A stretch of DNA of 63,714 bases, filler included, from Catajapyx aquilonaris (GCA_000934665.2; 2 parts of 2 records of this genome joined end to end with filler, not necessarily neighbours in it), one strand, 5' to 3'. Positions 11,783 through 23,609 are shown, counted from the first letter of the whole stretch. Made by a program: numbers and translations. The notes: generated by a model not told the origin, from the sequence alone.

Positions 11783-12301
11783 CTAATGTATAATCGCTAA
11801 TTTTATTAACTCCCCTGTATTGTCACAATATTGACACTTTTTAAGTCCGGGGCCCGATGAGAATTTTTTTTTTGTATATCGGTACCCCGGACAATTTTGT
11901 TCTAGACAATATTTTCGAAACTCTTCATATTCCTCCACCACGCTGTCGAATTGGGCTTTTTCGTGACCCGACACGTGGAGGACCCAAGCGGTCGCCCAGC
12001 TGCCGGCCCGGAGGAGGGCTCCGAAGAGACACTGCTTGTCGTTCATGGCTTCCCAGTCCGTCTCCACCCATTCGTCTCGGGCGTCTTCCTCCTCCCACTC
12101 CCGGTAGTCCTCTTCCGGGTCGCTCCAGTGCTGGACTTCCTCGTCAGGATTGTCCAGGCCCACGGTCCCCTGCCCGATTTCTTCCTCGTTATCTCTTGGT
12201 TCGACAGCCGGACGACGACCGTCGCGGTCCTCTCCGTTTTTGTCTCCCCTGCCCAATTTTCCAAAGAAATAAGCAAGAATGCCTAACGTGATCACCAACA
12301 T
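11783..12301 (-). CDS. TM-anchored acidic protein with His/Cys C-terminal domain (accessory family 'T')
   Basis: Kozak ACCATG at 12301; hydrophobic N-terminus; TATATAAAA at 12354-12362; homologs at 8390, 13930, 15560 and 25164. Confidence 0.65.
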   Translation of the reverse strand: MLVITLGILAYFFGKLGRGDKNGEDRDGRRPAVEPRDNEEEIGQGTVGLDNPDEEVQHWSDPEEDYREWEEEDARDEWVETDWEAMNDKQCLFGALLRAGSWATAWVLHVSGHEKAQFDSVVEEYEEFRKYCLEQNCPGYRYTKKKFSSGPGLKKCQYCDNTGELIKLAIIH

Positions 12302-12574
12302 GGTGACTGTAGACAAATCAGGGTATGGTGTGGCAATCAGTTCGCTTGGTCTCTTTTATATACTTATTGCTTGAAGATATCATAGTTACACAAAGTACAT
12401 GGTGTTATCCTTTTGGCACTGCACTCAGTTGAAGGGAAAGAAAAAGAAAAAGGAAAGGAAAAAAAAAAGAAAGGCACTGTTGATCGGCTGCTAAGTCTGG
12501 TCTCTGGTCTTATCATAAATTTTGCTGATGCCGAGCAGCTGCTATCTTCAATTCCAGCAATTTTTTTTCTTCTT

Positions 12575-12830
12575 TTATTGTTCTGCTATTGCCTCCGTGG
12601 CCAGTCGGTTTTTCTTAATGCGCTGTTTAGGGGGTGGTTCGATGAATGTAGGGTCTGGATCTTCTTGGGCCGGAGGAAAGGGTGTTATGGGCATGGATTC
12701 CTCTGGAAGGGTCGGCAAAGGTGTCTGCTTCGGAAAGGTTTTCTTCAAGTAGTGCCTCACTCTCTGGAAAATTATGTAGGCTGCTCCAACGAAGAGGAAG
12801 TGTCCCAAGATTAAGGCCTATATCATCCAG
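12575..12830 (-). CDS. Small TM + Pro-rich ORF overlapping the end of ORF 'X'
   Basis: LGHFLFVGAAYIIF..EE.MP; homolog in the same position at 26161-26400. Confidence 0.5.
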
Positions 12831-13447
12831 AGACTTGGAGTAGTCGGGTTTGTAGTTGTTTGGTCCAAATTGTCAGCTAGTAGCTCCATTTTGCTTCTTA
12901 GGTGTTGTAATGGGATCTCCATGTCCTTGCTTTGCTGGAACTCCCTCCGCTGTCCCTCCAGCTCGGAGGCTACACCATCCAGCTTCTGGACCCACTCTTC
13001 CATCTCTTCCGTGGTCCTCGGCGTCATTATGGGATGATACTGGGGAGCTTCCAGCAAGGTGGTCATCTGGGGCTCGTTTTCAATGAAACTTTGACCCACG
13101 AAGGTAGCTGGTAAGTGTATCCCCGTGGTATAGGCAGCACACAAAGCAGGTAACTGTAGTATCCCCACCCCTTGAATTTCTTTCTCAAAAGATTCTACCC
13201 CACTGGGAAATTTTGAATCGGGACATCTTAGTGACATTGGAGACACTAGCTTACCGTTGGCCATGTTTCTGACGCGGAGCACCTCAAAGACGGCGTCGAC
13301 GGCTGCCTCCGCGTCTTCGTAGTCTTCTTCCAAGATCTCCTCTGGCAGCTCGGACAGCCGCCGGAGACTGGTGATCACCCCCGTCCCGCTCATCACGGTT
13401 AATGTGGCGATTGAGGAGGGGGGGTCAGATAGGCTGCACTGACTCAT
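12818..13447 (-). CDS. Unknown accessory ORF 'X'
   Basis: 209-aa ORF; homologs at 23610-23786 (N-terminal half) and 26400-26800 (LPALCAAY..GIHLPATF..PQYHPI). Confidence 0.65.
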   Translation of the reverse strand: MSQCSLSDPPSSIATLTVMSGTGVITSLRRLSELPEEILEEDYEDAEAAVDAVFEVLRVRNMANGKLVSPMSLRCPDSKFPSGVESFEKEIQGVGILQLPALCAAYTTGIHLPATFVGQSFIENEPQMTTLLEAPQYHPIMTPRTTEEMEEWVQKLDGVASELEGQRREFQQSKDMEIPLQHLRSKMELLADNLDQTTTNPTTPSLWMI

Positions 13448-13929
13448 TTCCCCACCAGATTCAATAGAGTCGACTGAGGTTGCCCTCTATTGTCAATTCT
13501 CCCGATGTCTTAGGCAGAGCCATCATAATTAGTGGTCATCCCGAGAAACCAACAATTGGCATTACTTCCTTAATACTAGTACAATAGTTATGCACTGGAA
13601 TATTTTGTTAGTACACTGACATATGTTAGTATACATACACTTCTGGTTTAACCCTGATGATAAGGACACTTGAGAATCATTTTAAAGCTAATTATATTTC
13701 ATTAAGAATGAGTGTTTCCTCACTCAATTGTTGAAGATGAGTTGTTGTTACACCCCATCCAGCCGCAATTGAGAAATTTAACTCCCATCAAGACAATGAA
13801 CATAAGTCCCATTTTGTTGTTGTTTTTGTTTAGTGGAAGGCTGCAATCCTGCCATTCGCTGGCCCCAGCATTTTTGGCCACAGGAAGCGTTGCCCCGGTC
13901 ATCCGGTGATCCTACAGTAGTGTTCAAAT

Positions 13930-14400
13930 AGGATTAGGTCGCCCCTGCCGTTGAACGCTCCGTTCAGGTGTTGCCACACGTGGTTGGACCCTCCAGCGTT
14001 CTCCCGGTGGTGGTGATAGTGGTAGAGCTCTCAGAAGACGTCTTCCATCTCTGGGGGCTCCGGCCAGGCCCCCCTGCCGAAGGACACTTCGCTGGCGCCC
14101 TCATCCCAGTCCTCGTCGTCCTCGGGAGAAGGCCCGGCCGGCCCCCTCCAGGTCGTCTTCCATCATCCTTGGTCGCACTACCGCCTGCTCAAACTGAGGC
14201 CCCTCCAGGTCGCTCGGGTCCAGCTGGGCCGGACCAGCTACTTTCTCCTCGTCCGGATTGACGTGTACTGCTGCTGGAGGGTCGACTGCTCCTTCGACTC
14301 AACCTCCGGGCAGCTGAGTTCCATCCGGGTCTGGACACCCATCTCCTTTTTCTGGAAGACCAGTGCCCATGCGGTCTTCAGCAACCAGTCGATACCCCTC
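13930..14400 (-). pseudogene. Degraded family 'T' member downstream of the CS gene
   Basis: Translates DEDWDE..WPEPPEMEDVF*ELYHYH..RENAG..NHVWQHLNGAF, matching 25164-25637. Confidence 0.65.
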
Positions 14401-14401
14401 C

Positions 14402-14827
14402 CTATACGCTACACAACATCTCCTTATAAGGTAAAATTGTTCTCCTTGCCTGGCTTATCTGGGCTGGGTGCCTCAAATAACTGCAAGCTGGGAATGGCAT
14501 GTGTAGCTTCCATTTGGAACTGGCCTTCAATACCCACCCCGGTTCCTCGCCTAGTGTGTGCACTAATTTTGTCCAACGCTGGTCTGTCTCTGTCTGGAGC
14601 TCTAGGTGTAGTCCGTCTTTGCTCGTCCTCAGACGTGTCCACCCCCGGACTCTCCCCCAGAATTTGAACCTCACGTCCACCGCGGCTCCGGAATCTTCTT
14701 CCCTCGCCCTGATGGTTAAAGTGGACTTCTCCAGTTGTATATTCGGCTCCTGTGGGTTGGAGCAGAAGACTTCCAAGACCAGGGTCTCCTCGTATTGTCG
14801 CCAGCTGATGTCGTGTGAACTGCCCAT
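14402..14827 (-). CDS. p23/CS-domain protein, copy 2
   Basis: MGSSHDISWRQYEETLVLEVF..FWGRV..RWTKLV..PGWVL. Confidence 0.7.
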   Translation of the reverse strand: MGSSHDISWRQYEETLVLEVFCSNPQEPNIQLEKSTLTIRAREEDSGAAVDVRFKFWGRVRGWTRLRTSKDGLHLELQTETDQRWTKLVHTLGEEPGWVLKASSKWKLHMPFPACSYLRHPAQISQARRTILPYKEMLCSV

Positions 14828-14832
14828 CTTGT

Positions 14833-14866
14833 GACTGAACGTTCCGTCTTCCTGGTCCTTTATATA
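14833..14866 (-). promoter_or_regulatory. TATA box + arthropod initiator for the CS gene
   Basis: TATATAAA (14866-14859) lies 30 nt before TCAGTC (14838-14833), followed by ACAAGATG. Confidence 0.7.
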
Positions 14867-15559
14867 GGGGTTGCTTCCTTCCTTGTGCTTATGCCACCCT
14901 TCGGTTCGTGGTGATTTATAAGTCAAAACACTAATTATTATCTGCACTATTGGTCGTTTGATTACCCTTACACATGCATTTTCGCAATTCCACATTGCGC
15001 AGTCTGGTCCTTTCTCGCAATGGCGCAAGTCATGCTCACTCTACGAACGCCTGTCTGTCTTTCCTAACTGCAAATAACTCGGACTTCGGAGTGATTTCTA
15101 CGATTACTTTGGAATTATTTATTCTAGTGGCCATGGGATTGCTCGGTACAATTCAAAAGAATCTGCATCTGCCTTCAGTGGAATTGACAGAACACGACGA
15201 GCAGTTTCGTCCATCGGTATCATTAACCCTTTTGCCCATCGGTAATACAAGGGTATTGACTCTTTATCAGCTGGTATTGCCAGATGTAACCCGTTCGGTA
15301 GATTGGGTAATATCTGGTGTAAATAGTGGGGTTTCCGGGAAAAACCCTCGAGCCTTGTACATCTTTATTTCCGGGTACTATAACAACATACATTTCATAC
15401 ATTGAGGGTCCCGAAGGCCCTAACGAAATCATCATTGTTTTACATATACCAGAATCAACACCCCTATTATGTATAACAACATCTAATGTTCTCTGGTTAG
15501 TTTCCACACTTTATAACTTCATCTGTATACTGTTTTTCACTCTGGGGTGACACTAATAC

Positions 15560-16100
15560 TCAGCAACACGACCGTTGCCCGGGCCCACCATCAGGGGTGA
15601 CAGATACCGGACAATCGGTCATGTTACAGAAGGTCTTAAATCCGCAGTACTCCTCCAAACTGGCCATGTGTTTTCTGATGTGGTCCATCCAGCGAGGGTT
15701 GTTCCTTATATCATGATGGTTGTATAGTTCAAAAAAAACGGCTCCATATCCACTGGGTCAGGCCAGGCCTCCTCGTCCCAATGTTGCACTGGAGGAGGAG
15801 GACCAAAAGCCTCCTCCAGGCCCTCTGTCCCCTCCTGCTCTTCTCGGAGCGGCGCTGGATCCTCTTCCGTCTGGGTCTCCTCCCGGTCATCACAGGGTGG
15901 TGTATTCCGGTCGGCCAGGTTTACCTGGTCGCAGACGTCTTCTATTTTTTTCTTCCTGGTGGCCAGGAAGAGAGCAAATCCCAAAACCACCAGCGACCCC
16001 CCCACCAAGAGTCCCTTCTCGATTGATAGGGTCCGGGAAGACCACATCCTGCTTCGTCGGAGTCTGGTCTGGATTTGTTCCTGGCTTCTGGGGACCACCT
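15560..16100 (-). pseudogene. Family 'T' member (frameshifted)
   Basis: TM GGSLVVLGFALFLA; QHWDEEAWPDPVDMEPFF; DNA similar to 25164-25770. Confidence 0.7.
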
Positions 16101-16142
16101 CTTTCTATTTTCTATGACGTCGTCATCCTCCTCTGTTCTTTC

Positions 16143-16935
16143 ATTTTTTTATTATTTATTTATTTATACTACCCCATTTTGGAGCAGAGCTTCTATAGGG
16201 GGACACACCTTAGCCATTACACAAGGACATAAATCTGCTTACATGGCAAAAAAAAAATTGTGAATGTCAAAAATAAACTGTTTAGTTGATTCTGCAAACA
16301 ACAAGTACATCTGATTTGGCGGGCAACGTGTAACATCTTCCAAATAGTTCGTACGAGGGGTGTGAAAAATGGGGCATTCAAACAACAAATGATGGTAGGT
16401 AAAGTCTAGACCCAAATTGCACCAATCACACACCTGCTCAGGGAGAAACGCAATTTTATGACCTACCACATAAACAGACCTTGAATTTTTTTTCAGGTTG
16501 AGCCAGAGCCTTAAATGGGGTAGGGGAAGATTGGTCGCTATCGATTTGCCTTTAATTAATTCCGTCTGGATATGAAACTTCCCTGAACTTGAGAAAGTTA
16601 CCCCAAGATACTTGTACTTATTTACAACTTCAATGACTTCTGAACCCAACGTAAACCTAGCATCTCGGGGCACCTTACCCGCCTTTCTAAAAACTATAAC
16701 TTTCGTCTTGGACACGTTAACCTTCAGACGTAAGGAATCGCTCCCTCATTCATTTTTCGATTCCTTATGTCACACAGCTAATATTTGCAGAAATTGATTG
16801 ATAGTTGTCAATCAATTTCTGCAAATATAAGCTGTGTTTAGAGAACAAAACAACATCATCAGCAAAAATCAAAAGTTGAATGTCTGCCGTATTGGGCCCA
16901 AAATTCACTCCCGGAGTCTGGGAATTTGCTAAAAA
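16143..16935 (-). mobile_element. 5'-truncated, internally deleted non-LTR retrotransposon (RT C-terminal part + CCHC + A-rich tail)
   Basis: LLIFADD, KTKVIVF, YKYLG, CDWC..HLLFEC; AATA tail at 16143-16165. Confidence 0.85.
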
Positions 16936-17989
16936 AGATTTTAGTTTTAGTGTGCAGAGTGTGACCGTTCGGTACGGTCGGTTCGATGGGTGCGTGGGAT
17001 TAGAACAACGAACAGTTAACAACAAGTAATATATATTTGATAACAATAACAGTCTACATTACTGGGGGTAACCCCCATACAATTGTGCTACATCGGATAG
17101 ACCATGCTATATTACCCTAACCGCACTAACTCCCTGTCCTGGCTTGCAGCCTCTTTTTATTGGGAGTTGGGCGGTTGTCACGTTGGAATTGTTTGTGTGT
17201 GTGTGTTCATCACCTATTGTTTTCACTATCTCATATTGTGCCATTACCTATGCACAATATGGTTGCGTTAGTTATGTCTACGGTGACAACACCCCCTTTC
17301 TTAATCCAAACGTCACGTTTAGATGCTTGTATATTACCTATGACTGACCTCACACACAACAATGTAATGGATGACAGATTTCCTCCGTATGATGCTGCCA
17401 GGAAGTAAAAACCTTATTTTTACGCAAGACTGAATTATATATGACAACGGGGTGTGTGGGATCGTTCTGCTGTGGACGGCGGCAGTGGCATCCAGCTCCT
17501 TGTATATGCTCCAGCTGACATCCCGCGGCGTTTGCTGAGGTAACTTGGCATATGAGGCTATGGTCTTGGTCTCCAGCGTCGAATTTGCTGCCGGTGGCCT
17601 TCTTGTGCTCCACCGTCGATGTGTGTGGTGTGTCAACGACCGCTGTCCTGTTGCCGGTTTCTTCATCCTCCTTGTTTCCCATCAGCCTATGTCTGCCTCC
17701 TCTTACAGCGTGCACATGCCCATTGTCCGCTTCTGTCCTTTGACTGCTCCCCATCCTTTCTCCTAGGTCGGGTGTTGTACAGGATGTTGCCATACATAAG
17801 ACAGTCATGTATTCGTTATTAACCAAACTATCTTCCTGAGAACATATACCATAATCATTTTAAATTCAATCACTCGTCCCCTTGTGGGATGTCATATTAA
17901 GTTGTTTTTTTCCGACTGGTGTACTACTCAACGTAGTATCTCGTTATCATGTCCCAAAAATAAATAAAGTAAACAAAATCACATAAAAC

Positions 17990-18375
17990 AATTCACATAC
18001 GTGGGTTCATCATGAGCCTCTCCCCTTAACGTCGGTGATCTACCTAGCTCAGGTTCTTCATCCCCCGCACGCAACCCATCACAACTGATGGTGAGACTTA
18101 GCTCGTCCGGTACATTGTAAAGCAAATGTCCATTTCTACCTAAATTAATGAATATAGGGTCGTATTTACCTATCAAAATCTTCAGGCATATGCTTGCCTC
18201 AAGTCCATATCCCGAAATCAAGGAAAACAGGCATGATACTCTCGGTTTGGAATATACTGCACGAGGTCTAGTGCATACCCTAGGTTGCCCACTCTCACAC
18301 TCGTTTAAGTCCCCTTCTTCCAGCATCATGTATGACTGCTTATCCGCCGACACGGCCATAATTATATGGATGGTC
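17990..18375 (-). pseudogene. env: env (F-like) Cys-rich ectodomain fragment
   Basis: MLEEGDLNEC....RVC....VY.....SCL parallels 26822-27060. Confidence 0.7.
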
Positions 18376-18844
18376 AATTTTAAATGCTACAGAAATGTTC
18401 ATTATTGGTACCGGCCACTGTATTGCTCTTTATAGCGTATATCGTTCACTGTCTTTCTGTAACGGTATCGTTATGTCGAACCCTCCGCGTAATTAAGGAC
18501 TTACCTCAATTATCTGGAAGAGAACGAAAGTTGTGGCAAACGCAGGAAAAAGTTGAAATGAATATGGACACGACTCACGTGTTTTTAAATATTGGTTATT
18601 ATTGACACTTGTTGTCCAATGACAACTGAATTTACACCGTAGTGCGCGGTTTTCGTGCCTCTCTTACTGTTGCTGACTTTTTCCATGGCGGGTAGCTTCC
18701 CGTCTGACCAGGGGAAGGTCACGGCCTCTGGTACATCTGGTCGTCAAACTGATCTGAATTGTTGGTCTGTCGTCTCCCCGTGCCACCTGCTCAAGGCTAT
18801 TTACTTTCCATGTTAAACGTTACTCGACATTACAACATGCGTAT

Positions 18845-18869
18845 TTTGGGGGCATCACATCCGCCACCC
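18845..18869 (-). promoter_or_regulatory. Candidate PPT and 3' LTR start
   Basis: Minus strand GGGTGGCGGA then TGTGATG at 18859. Confidence 0.4.
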
Positions 18870-19004
18870 AGTACCGTACGAAATGCTAAGTGGCGAGGCA
18901 ATTTAACTTTTCGTCAAGTGAAAACCTGAGATCGTTACGTTAAGACTATCCTTAAGGCAAGTACAACCCACCAAAAGTTTGTACAAAAATTACACGTTGA
19001 AGCA

Positions 19005-19365
19005 AGGAGCACCTTGTGGTTGTGTCCGGTTTCTGGCCGAACACTAAAAATAATGTGAGGGGAATTTCCGGTTGGCTCTTCCCTGAGCCGAAATTGTGAA
19101 ATAACTACACAAAAGCAGCACGCTGCTATGGTAAGTTAACCCAACCCGTGAGAGTAAAAACAACCCACCCGTTGTGGCTTGCCAGCCTAATCAAATACCC
19201 CCAGGTAGACTCCGGAGATCAGAGACGAATTCGCCGAAATTTGGCCCACACACCCCAGATCCTCGCGTGATCCAAAAGTAAGGATCACGGGATTCTGTGG
19301 GATGCCTGCTGACAAGCTGCCTTTTCAGGCTTGGTACCGAAATCTGTTTCCATGGCCCACAACTG
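19005..19365 (-). ncRNA. Conserved structured cis-RNA, copy B
   Basis: Homolog of 1545-1910 with covarying helices. Confidence 0.7.
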
Positions 19366-20221
19366 TGCTTGCGGCCGATGATGGCAAAAACTTGTTGTAA
19401 ACACAGTACAACCTATGCGCCTAGTACGGCTCCGAGTTACGTGCGTGTCATTAGCAATACCCTGCTTACATTAATGCGCAGTTCACGAAGGAATTAAACA
19501 CTTGCAAACAAGGGACGCCAAATTACGTCCTGTCCCAAACCTAGTCCGCGACATGTAGACTCGAAAATAGGGGTTGACGTAACCAATTTGAAAGCTATGT
19601 CTGGCTCCAATGAGCACCAGGCAATAACTTTTCCGTTGAAACACTGGTCACTAACATGCAACGCCGGACGGGTTGCTCACTGTCAAGGGGCAGTGGAGCC
19701 CTGATGGAAAAAATGCAGCAGCACACTGCTCCTTTTTCTCGACCGTTCGAGGTCGTGTGACGTCACTCACTTCACATGTGTTCGCACAGGTGATCACTGA
19801 GTAAATGTTGTTCTCTCCTCTTTCTCTCGAGGAAGGAACGCTTGCACTTTTTATGATGCACAGTTTCACGTATAACCAAGACTTGTCCGTAATTACGATG
19901 AGAAACCCAACTTACGCTAAAAAATATGTTGATGAACATAATGACTGTACGACACTTGACCTGTGTCATGACACTGACACTGAATGGCTGCTTAGAGAAT
20001 TCATGAGCGAGAAGGCATAATATCTGACACGCTGCTGGTGCCTGTGAACGCAATACGCGATGTGAAATGCAAAGAGTCCCACTTGGACCCATCGATAGCA
20101 GGCGGAAGCTGCCAATTATATTCGATTTAAGTAGACTGTCTCGAGAATGAAGTTACGAATGGTTGTGGTGTTAGGGCGAGCCCCAAGGAGGAGGCTCAAA
20201 GAGAAGGAGGGAATGACCACA

Positions 20222-20680
20222 TCAGTCGTCAGGGGCTGGAAGGTTCCCATCATCACCGGAGCTCTTCACAGCACAGGGATAGGAGCGTTGGGTGGGATTA
20301 TCGTACCCAAAGAGGGCAGGAAAACAGAAAGTATGAGAGTTTGGGATCCGGTACGGTACTAGTGGGGTACCACAGGGAGGCCCGTCTTGCATGGAAGATG
20401 ACGCTTTCGATAATCTGAGCCTTCCATGGTCGGACCATTTCAATCCCCTGGACGGAACCTGGATGAGGAAAACTTGGTGGAGGTGGCGCCAAGGTGGGGC
20501 ACCGGGATGTGTGAAAGTCAAAATTGGGGGGAGAGCTTGTTCACACAAGGCTAGAGCATAACTCCCTTCCAGCCGGACCTCCATCCCTCTCAGACAAGGG
20601 TAGGTTTCATCCATTCTGGGGATGCTGGGAGTCCATCGTTCTGGACACACTTGCCGCAATGTTTTGGTCCGCAGGTCGGA
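20222..20680 (-). CDS. Unknown ORF in the TE mosaic
   Basis: Open frame with protein-like composition; no motif recognised. Confidence 0.3.
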   Translation of the reverse strand, partial: SDLRTKTLRQVCPERWTPSIPRMDETYPCLRGMEVRLEGSYALALCEQALPPILTFTHPGAPPWRHLHQVFLIQVPSRGLKWSDHGRLRLSKASSSMQDGPPCGTPLVPYRIPNSHTFCFPALFGYDNPTQRSYPCAVKSSGDDGNLPAPDD

Positions 20681-21151
20681 CATGTGGCAAGCAGTGAAAG
20701 TGCTTACAATTTCACAAACGATTACATTTAAAATGCACAAACTTTAAAAAGTTGCAAAATATAAACAGTACAACTGTACAAGTGCAATGTCAGTACAATA
20801 TAAAAAATAACTGGGTGTTAAATGAGATCATGATCCATGCATCATGACTTATTAACCTAATGCAATATATGAAAAGAGACCAGCCTTAAACCGAAATATT
20901 CTATCAATCAAGCATATCTTAGCATATTTAATAATTCTCATCACCACCATCATCAGCAGAATCTGACTCCACATCACTTGGTTGGGTCACATTCCGTAAG
21001 GAGAGGACTTCCTGATCGAAATTTCTGTCCTGCTTATGTGACTGGTTGGCCAAAGTACTTAATCTACAGGATCTGAGCTTAAGAGAAGTCTCCTAAAAAG
21101 GTCTTCATTTGTCATCATCCGGCAACTTTTGCGTGTATGATGCGTCATGTA

Positions 21152-21273
21152 CTATATACGCCAAATTGTTTCATACCCCCGGGGTATGAAACAATTTGTC
21201 GTATAGCACTATACCTAGGTATACGACAAATTGTTTCATACCCCGGGGGTATGAAACAATTTGGCGTATATAG
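21152..21273. mobile_element. 122-bp palindromic MITE with TA TSD
   Basis: TA-CTATATACGCCAAATTG...CAATTTGGCGTATATAG-TA; excision restores the Transib frame. Confidence 0.85.
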
Positions 21274-21348
21274 TACCTCCTAATGTCCTTATTCTTATAC
21301 TCCTGGGCTTCCTCTGACAATTCCCCTATGGGCAGCAAAGCTTCAGTG

Positions 21349-23299
21349 TGTCACCATCCGACAAGAGCAGGGGATGACATAAGACACAAAAGGGTTCGTT
21401 CTATGACTCTGTTTAATGATCGATGGGATTTACATTCAGTAACAACGGTGGATAAGAAGTAGGTGAGGTGAGAGGTAGAAGGTGGGGTGGCCAGTCCTCT
21501 TGGGATATTCTCCCAAAGAGAAAAAGGCCTCGACTGAGAGATGGAATGGGTTTATAAAGGTAAAGGAAACCGCAAGGCATTGTGGGCGGGATAGGATTGT
21601 TCCAGAAGAGTCGTAGAGGAAAGTGAAGGATGACGTAATGTGAGGATGATATATACATGAAAAAATCTTAACGGTCACACACCCCCGGACCAAGCACGAC
21701 AAACAGAAACATTCAAAAACCAGGGGCGTCAAAACAAAATTTTCTTCTCGTATTAGCTGCTCGTAAGCCTGTAAGGATTGAGGTATGAGGCAATGAACAG
21801 ACAAGCTTGCAATGAACCATTGACGGATGAGGAGGCGCGTATATATTATGATCCATCGCGATGCATGATGGGTAGGGTAGGACATCCTTCCTCTATGGCC
21901 TCACAATCGCGGTTAGGTCGGGCCCGCCGAAAGTGATGCACTTGACCTTGCGGGGAAAAGTCGTTAAATGCACTACTACGGTACAGCAAATGAGGGAACC
22001 CCCCTGCCAGGGAAACACATCACAGCTGATAACTGTTTAAACGACACCCGCACCCAAGGAAGGACAGTCCAATCATAACTTGACCCGATTGGCCGACAAT
22101 CCGGGGTCTAAAGAAAATGGGTCACAGTTTTTTTTTTCACCATCTTCCACTTTCGCTTCCACTCGCACACCATGCATGGCTGCCTCCAATCGGATGATGA
22201 TATGTCCGATCCGTAAGTAGATATGTACACCGGAGTCCAAATTCTCTTCTTTCACTCACAGGGGGTTGGTGAGATGGGTACACCAAATGGGGTTAATACA
22301 CGTCCGGCGTTAGATATCAGGCAGGAAAAAGAAAAAAGAAGGGGCCCCGCTCCGTAGTAGAGTTTGTGTAGAGGGGCTCCATCCAAACATAACCATCCAC
22401 CTTTACGGGTCACTTCACGGAATGTCCTGACTCTGATGTAACAGGGTGACTCGTAATTTCAGGTCTCTCAACCTCCCAGTCTTCATTCTTTTCTTCACAG
22501 AAAGGGGCTACACATCCACCAGGGAATAAATTAGGACAAGGATAAGGTTAAGGTTACGTGCGGACGGGGATTGATGTCCACAGTGGGGTTCTTGCGACAT
22601 GCAAGCCTCCGGATAAATAGGGTGTGAGGTAAGGTTTTCTAGGAGGGGAAAAAGGAACTCTCAACGTAAGGATAAGGAGAGACGGTACGTGGGAAAAACA
22701 CGTTACCGAAAGTGTTCCAAGATTGTTTCCAATCGGAGCACAAGTCGACCTGATGGGTACTAGATACGTACACCGAGTGGTCGGGGAAAGGATTCATAAG
22801 CACGTAGCTCAATAAGAAAAGGATTTTAGGTCAGGAGGGAAAAGTCGTCGTATAGGACAGGGAAATGCTACATTGCAGATATGTCCATCACAGACGAGTG
22901 AAATACACTGAACACATCCCAAACGATACAGAGGTAAGAGTAAAAATCCCACTTCTGACTCCACTTTATGTCACCATCCGACAAGAGCAGGGGATGACAT
23001 AAGACACAAAAGGGTTCGCTCCATGACTCTGTTTAATGATCGATGGGATTTACATTCAGTAACAACGGTGGATGAGAAGTAGGTGAGGTGAGAGGTAGAA
23101 GGTGGGGTGGCCAGTCCTCTTGGGATATTCTCCCAAAGAGAAAAAGGCCTCGACTGAGAGATGGAATGGGTTTATATAGGTAAAGGAAACCGCAAGGCAT
23201 TGTGGGCGGGATAGGATTGTTCCAGAAGAGTCGTAGAGGAAAGTGAAGGATGACGTAATGTGAGGATGATATATACATGAAAAAATCTTAACGGTCACA
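21349..23299 (-). mobile_element. Intact non-autonomous mini-LTR retrotransposon (TRIM-like)
   Basis: 331-bp LTRs at 21349-21679 and 22969-23299 (about 4 differences seen); TSD AGTG; Leu PBS 22946-22963; G-rich PPT after 21679. Confidence 0.95.
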
Positions 23300-23609
23300 A
23301 GTGATCACACAGGAGCATGAAGAGCGTTTCTGATGAACATTGTGCACCGTTTTCTGGCTAACCGCGTTACACAATGGTACCCGTAAATGAGAAGAAGCAG
23401 TGATGATCGCATCACAATAACTGATTTTCACCGACTGGGTAGAGTTAAACGTTGAATAACGAACCGAATGTCATACACGCATTGGAAGTACTGGTATAGA
23501 TAGTGGTCGCAAATGTAACGTGACTGGGTCGCCGGTCAACGGACTGCTGTTAGTTCACTGCATGCAAGGAGGTCGTGCATGAACGGAGGAGGAAGAAAGA
23601 AAGGAAAGA

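Larger units (their letters stand above)
20690..23350 (-). mobile_element. Transib (RAG1-related) transposase 3' relic, interrupted by a MITE and an LTR element
   Basis: Removing both insertions restores VITEALLPIGELSEEAQEYKNKDIRRYMTHHTRKSCRMMTNEDLFRRLLLSSDP; 20690-20830 is repeated at 31525-31730. Confidence 0.8.

Noticed and set aside
15000..15550. Minus-strand ORF pieces as a dUTPase or other viral gene
   Set aside because: No recognisable motifs and no second copy in the window
18458..18834. Possible solo LTR TGTAAC..ATTACA
   Set aside because: Flanks do not form a TSD; boundaries unsupported
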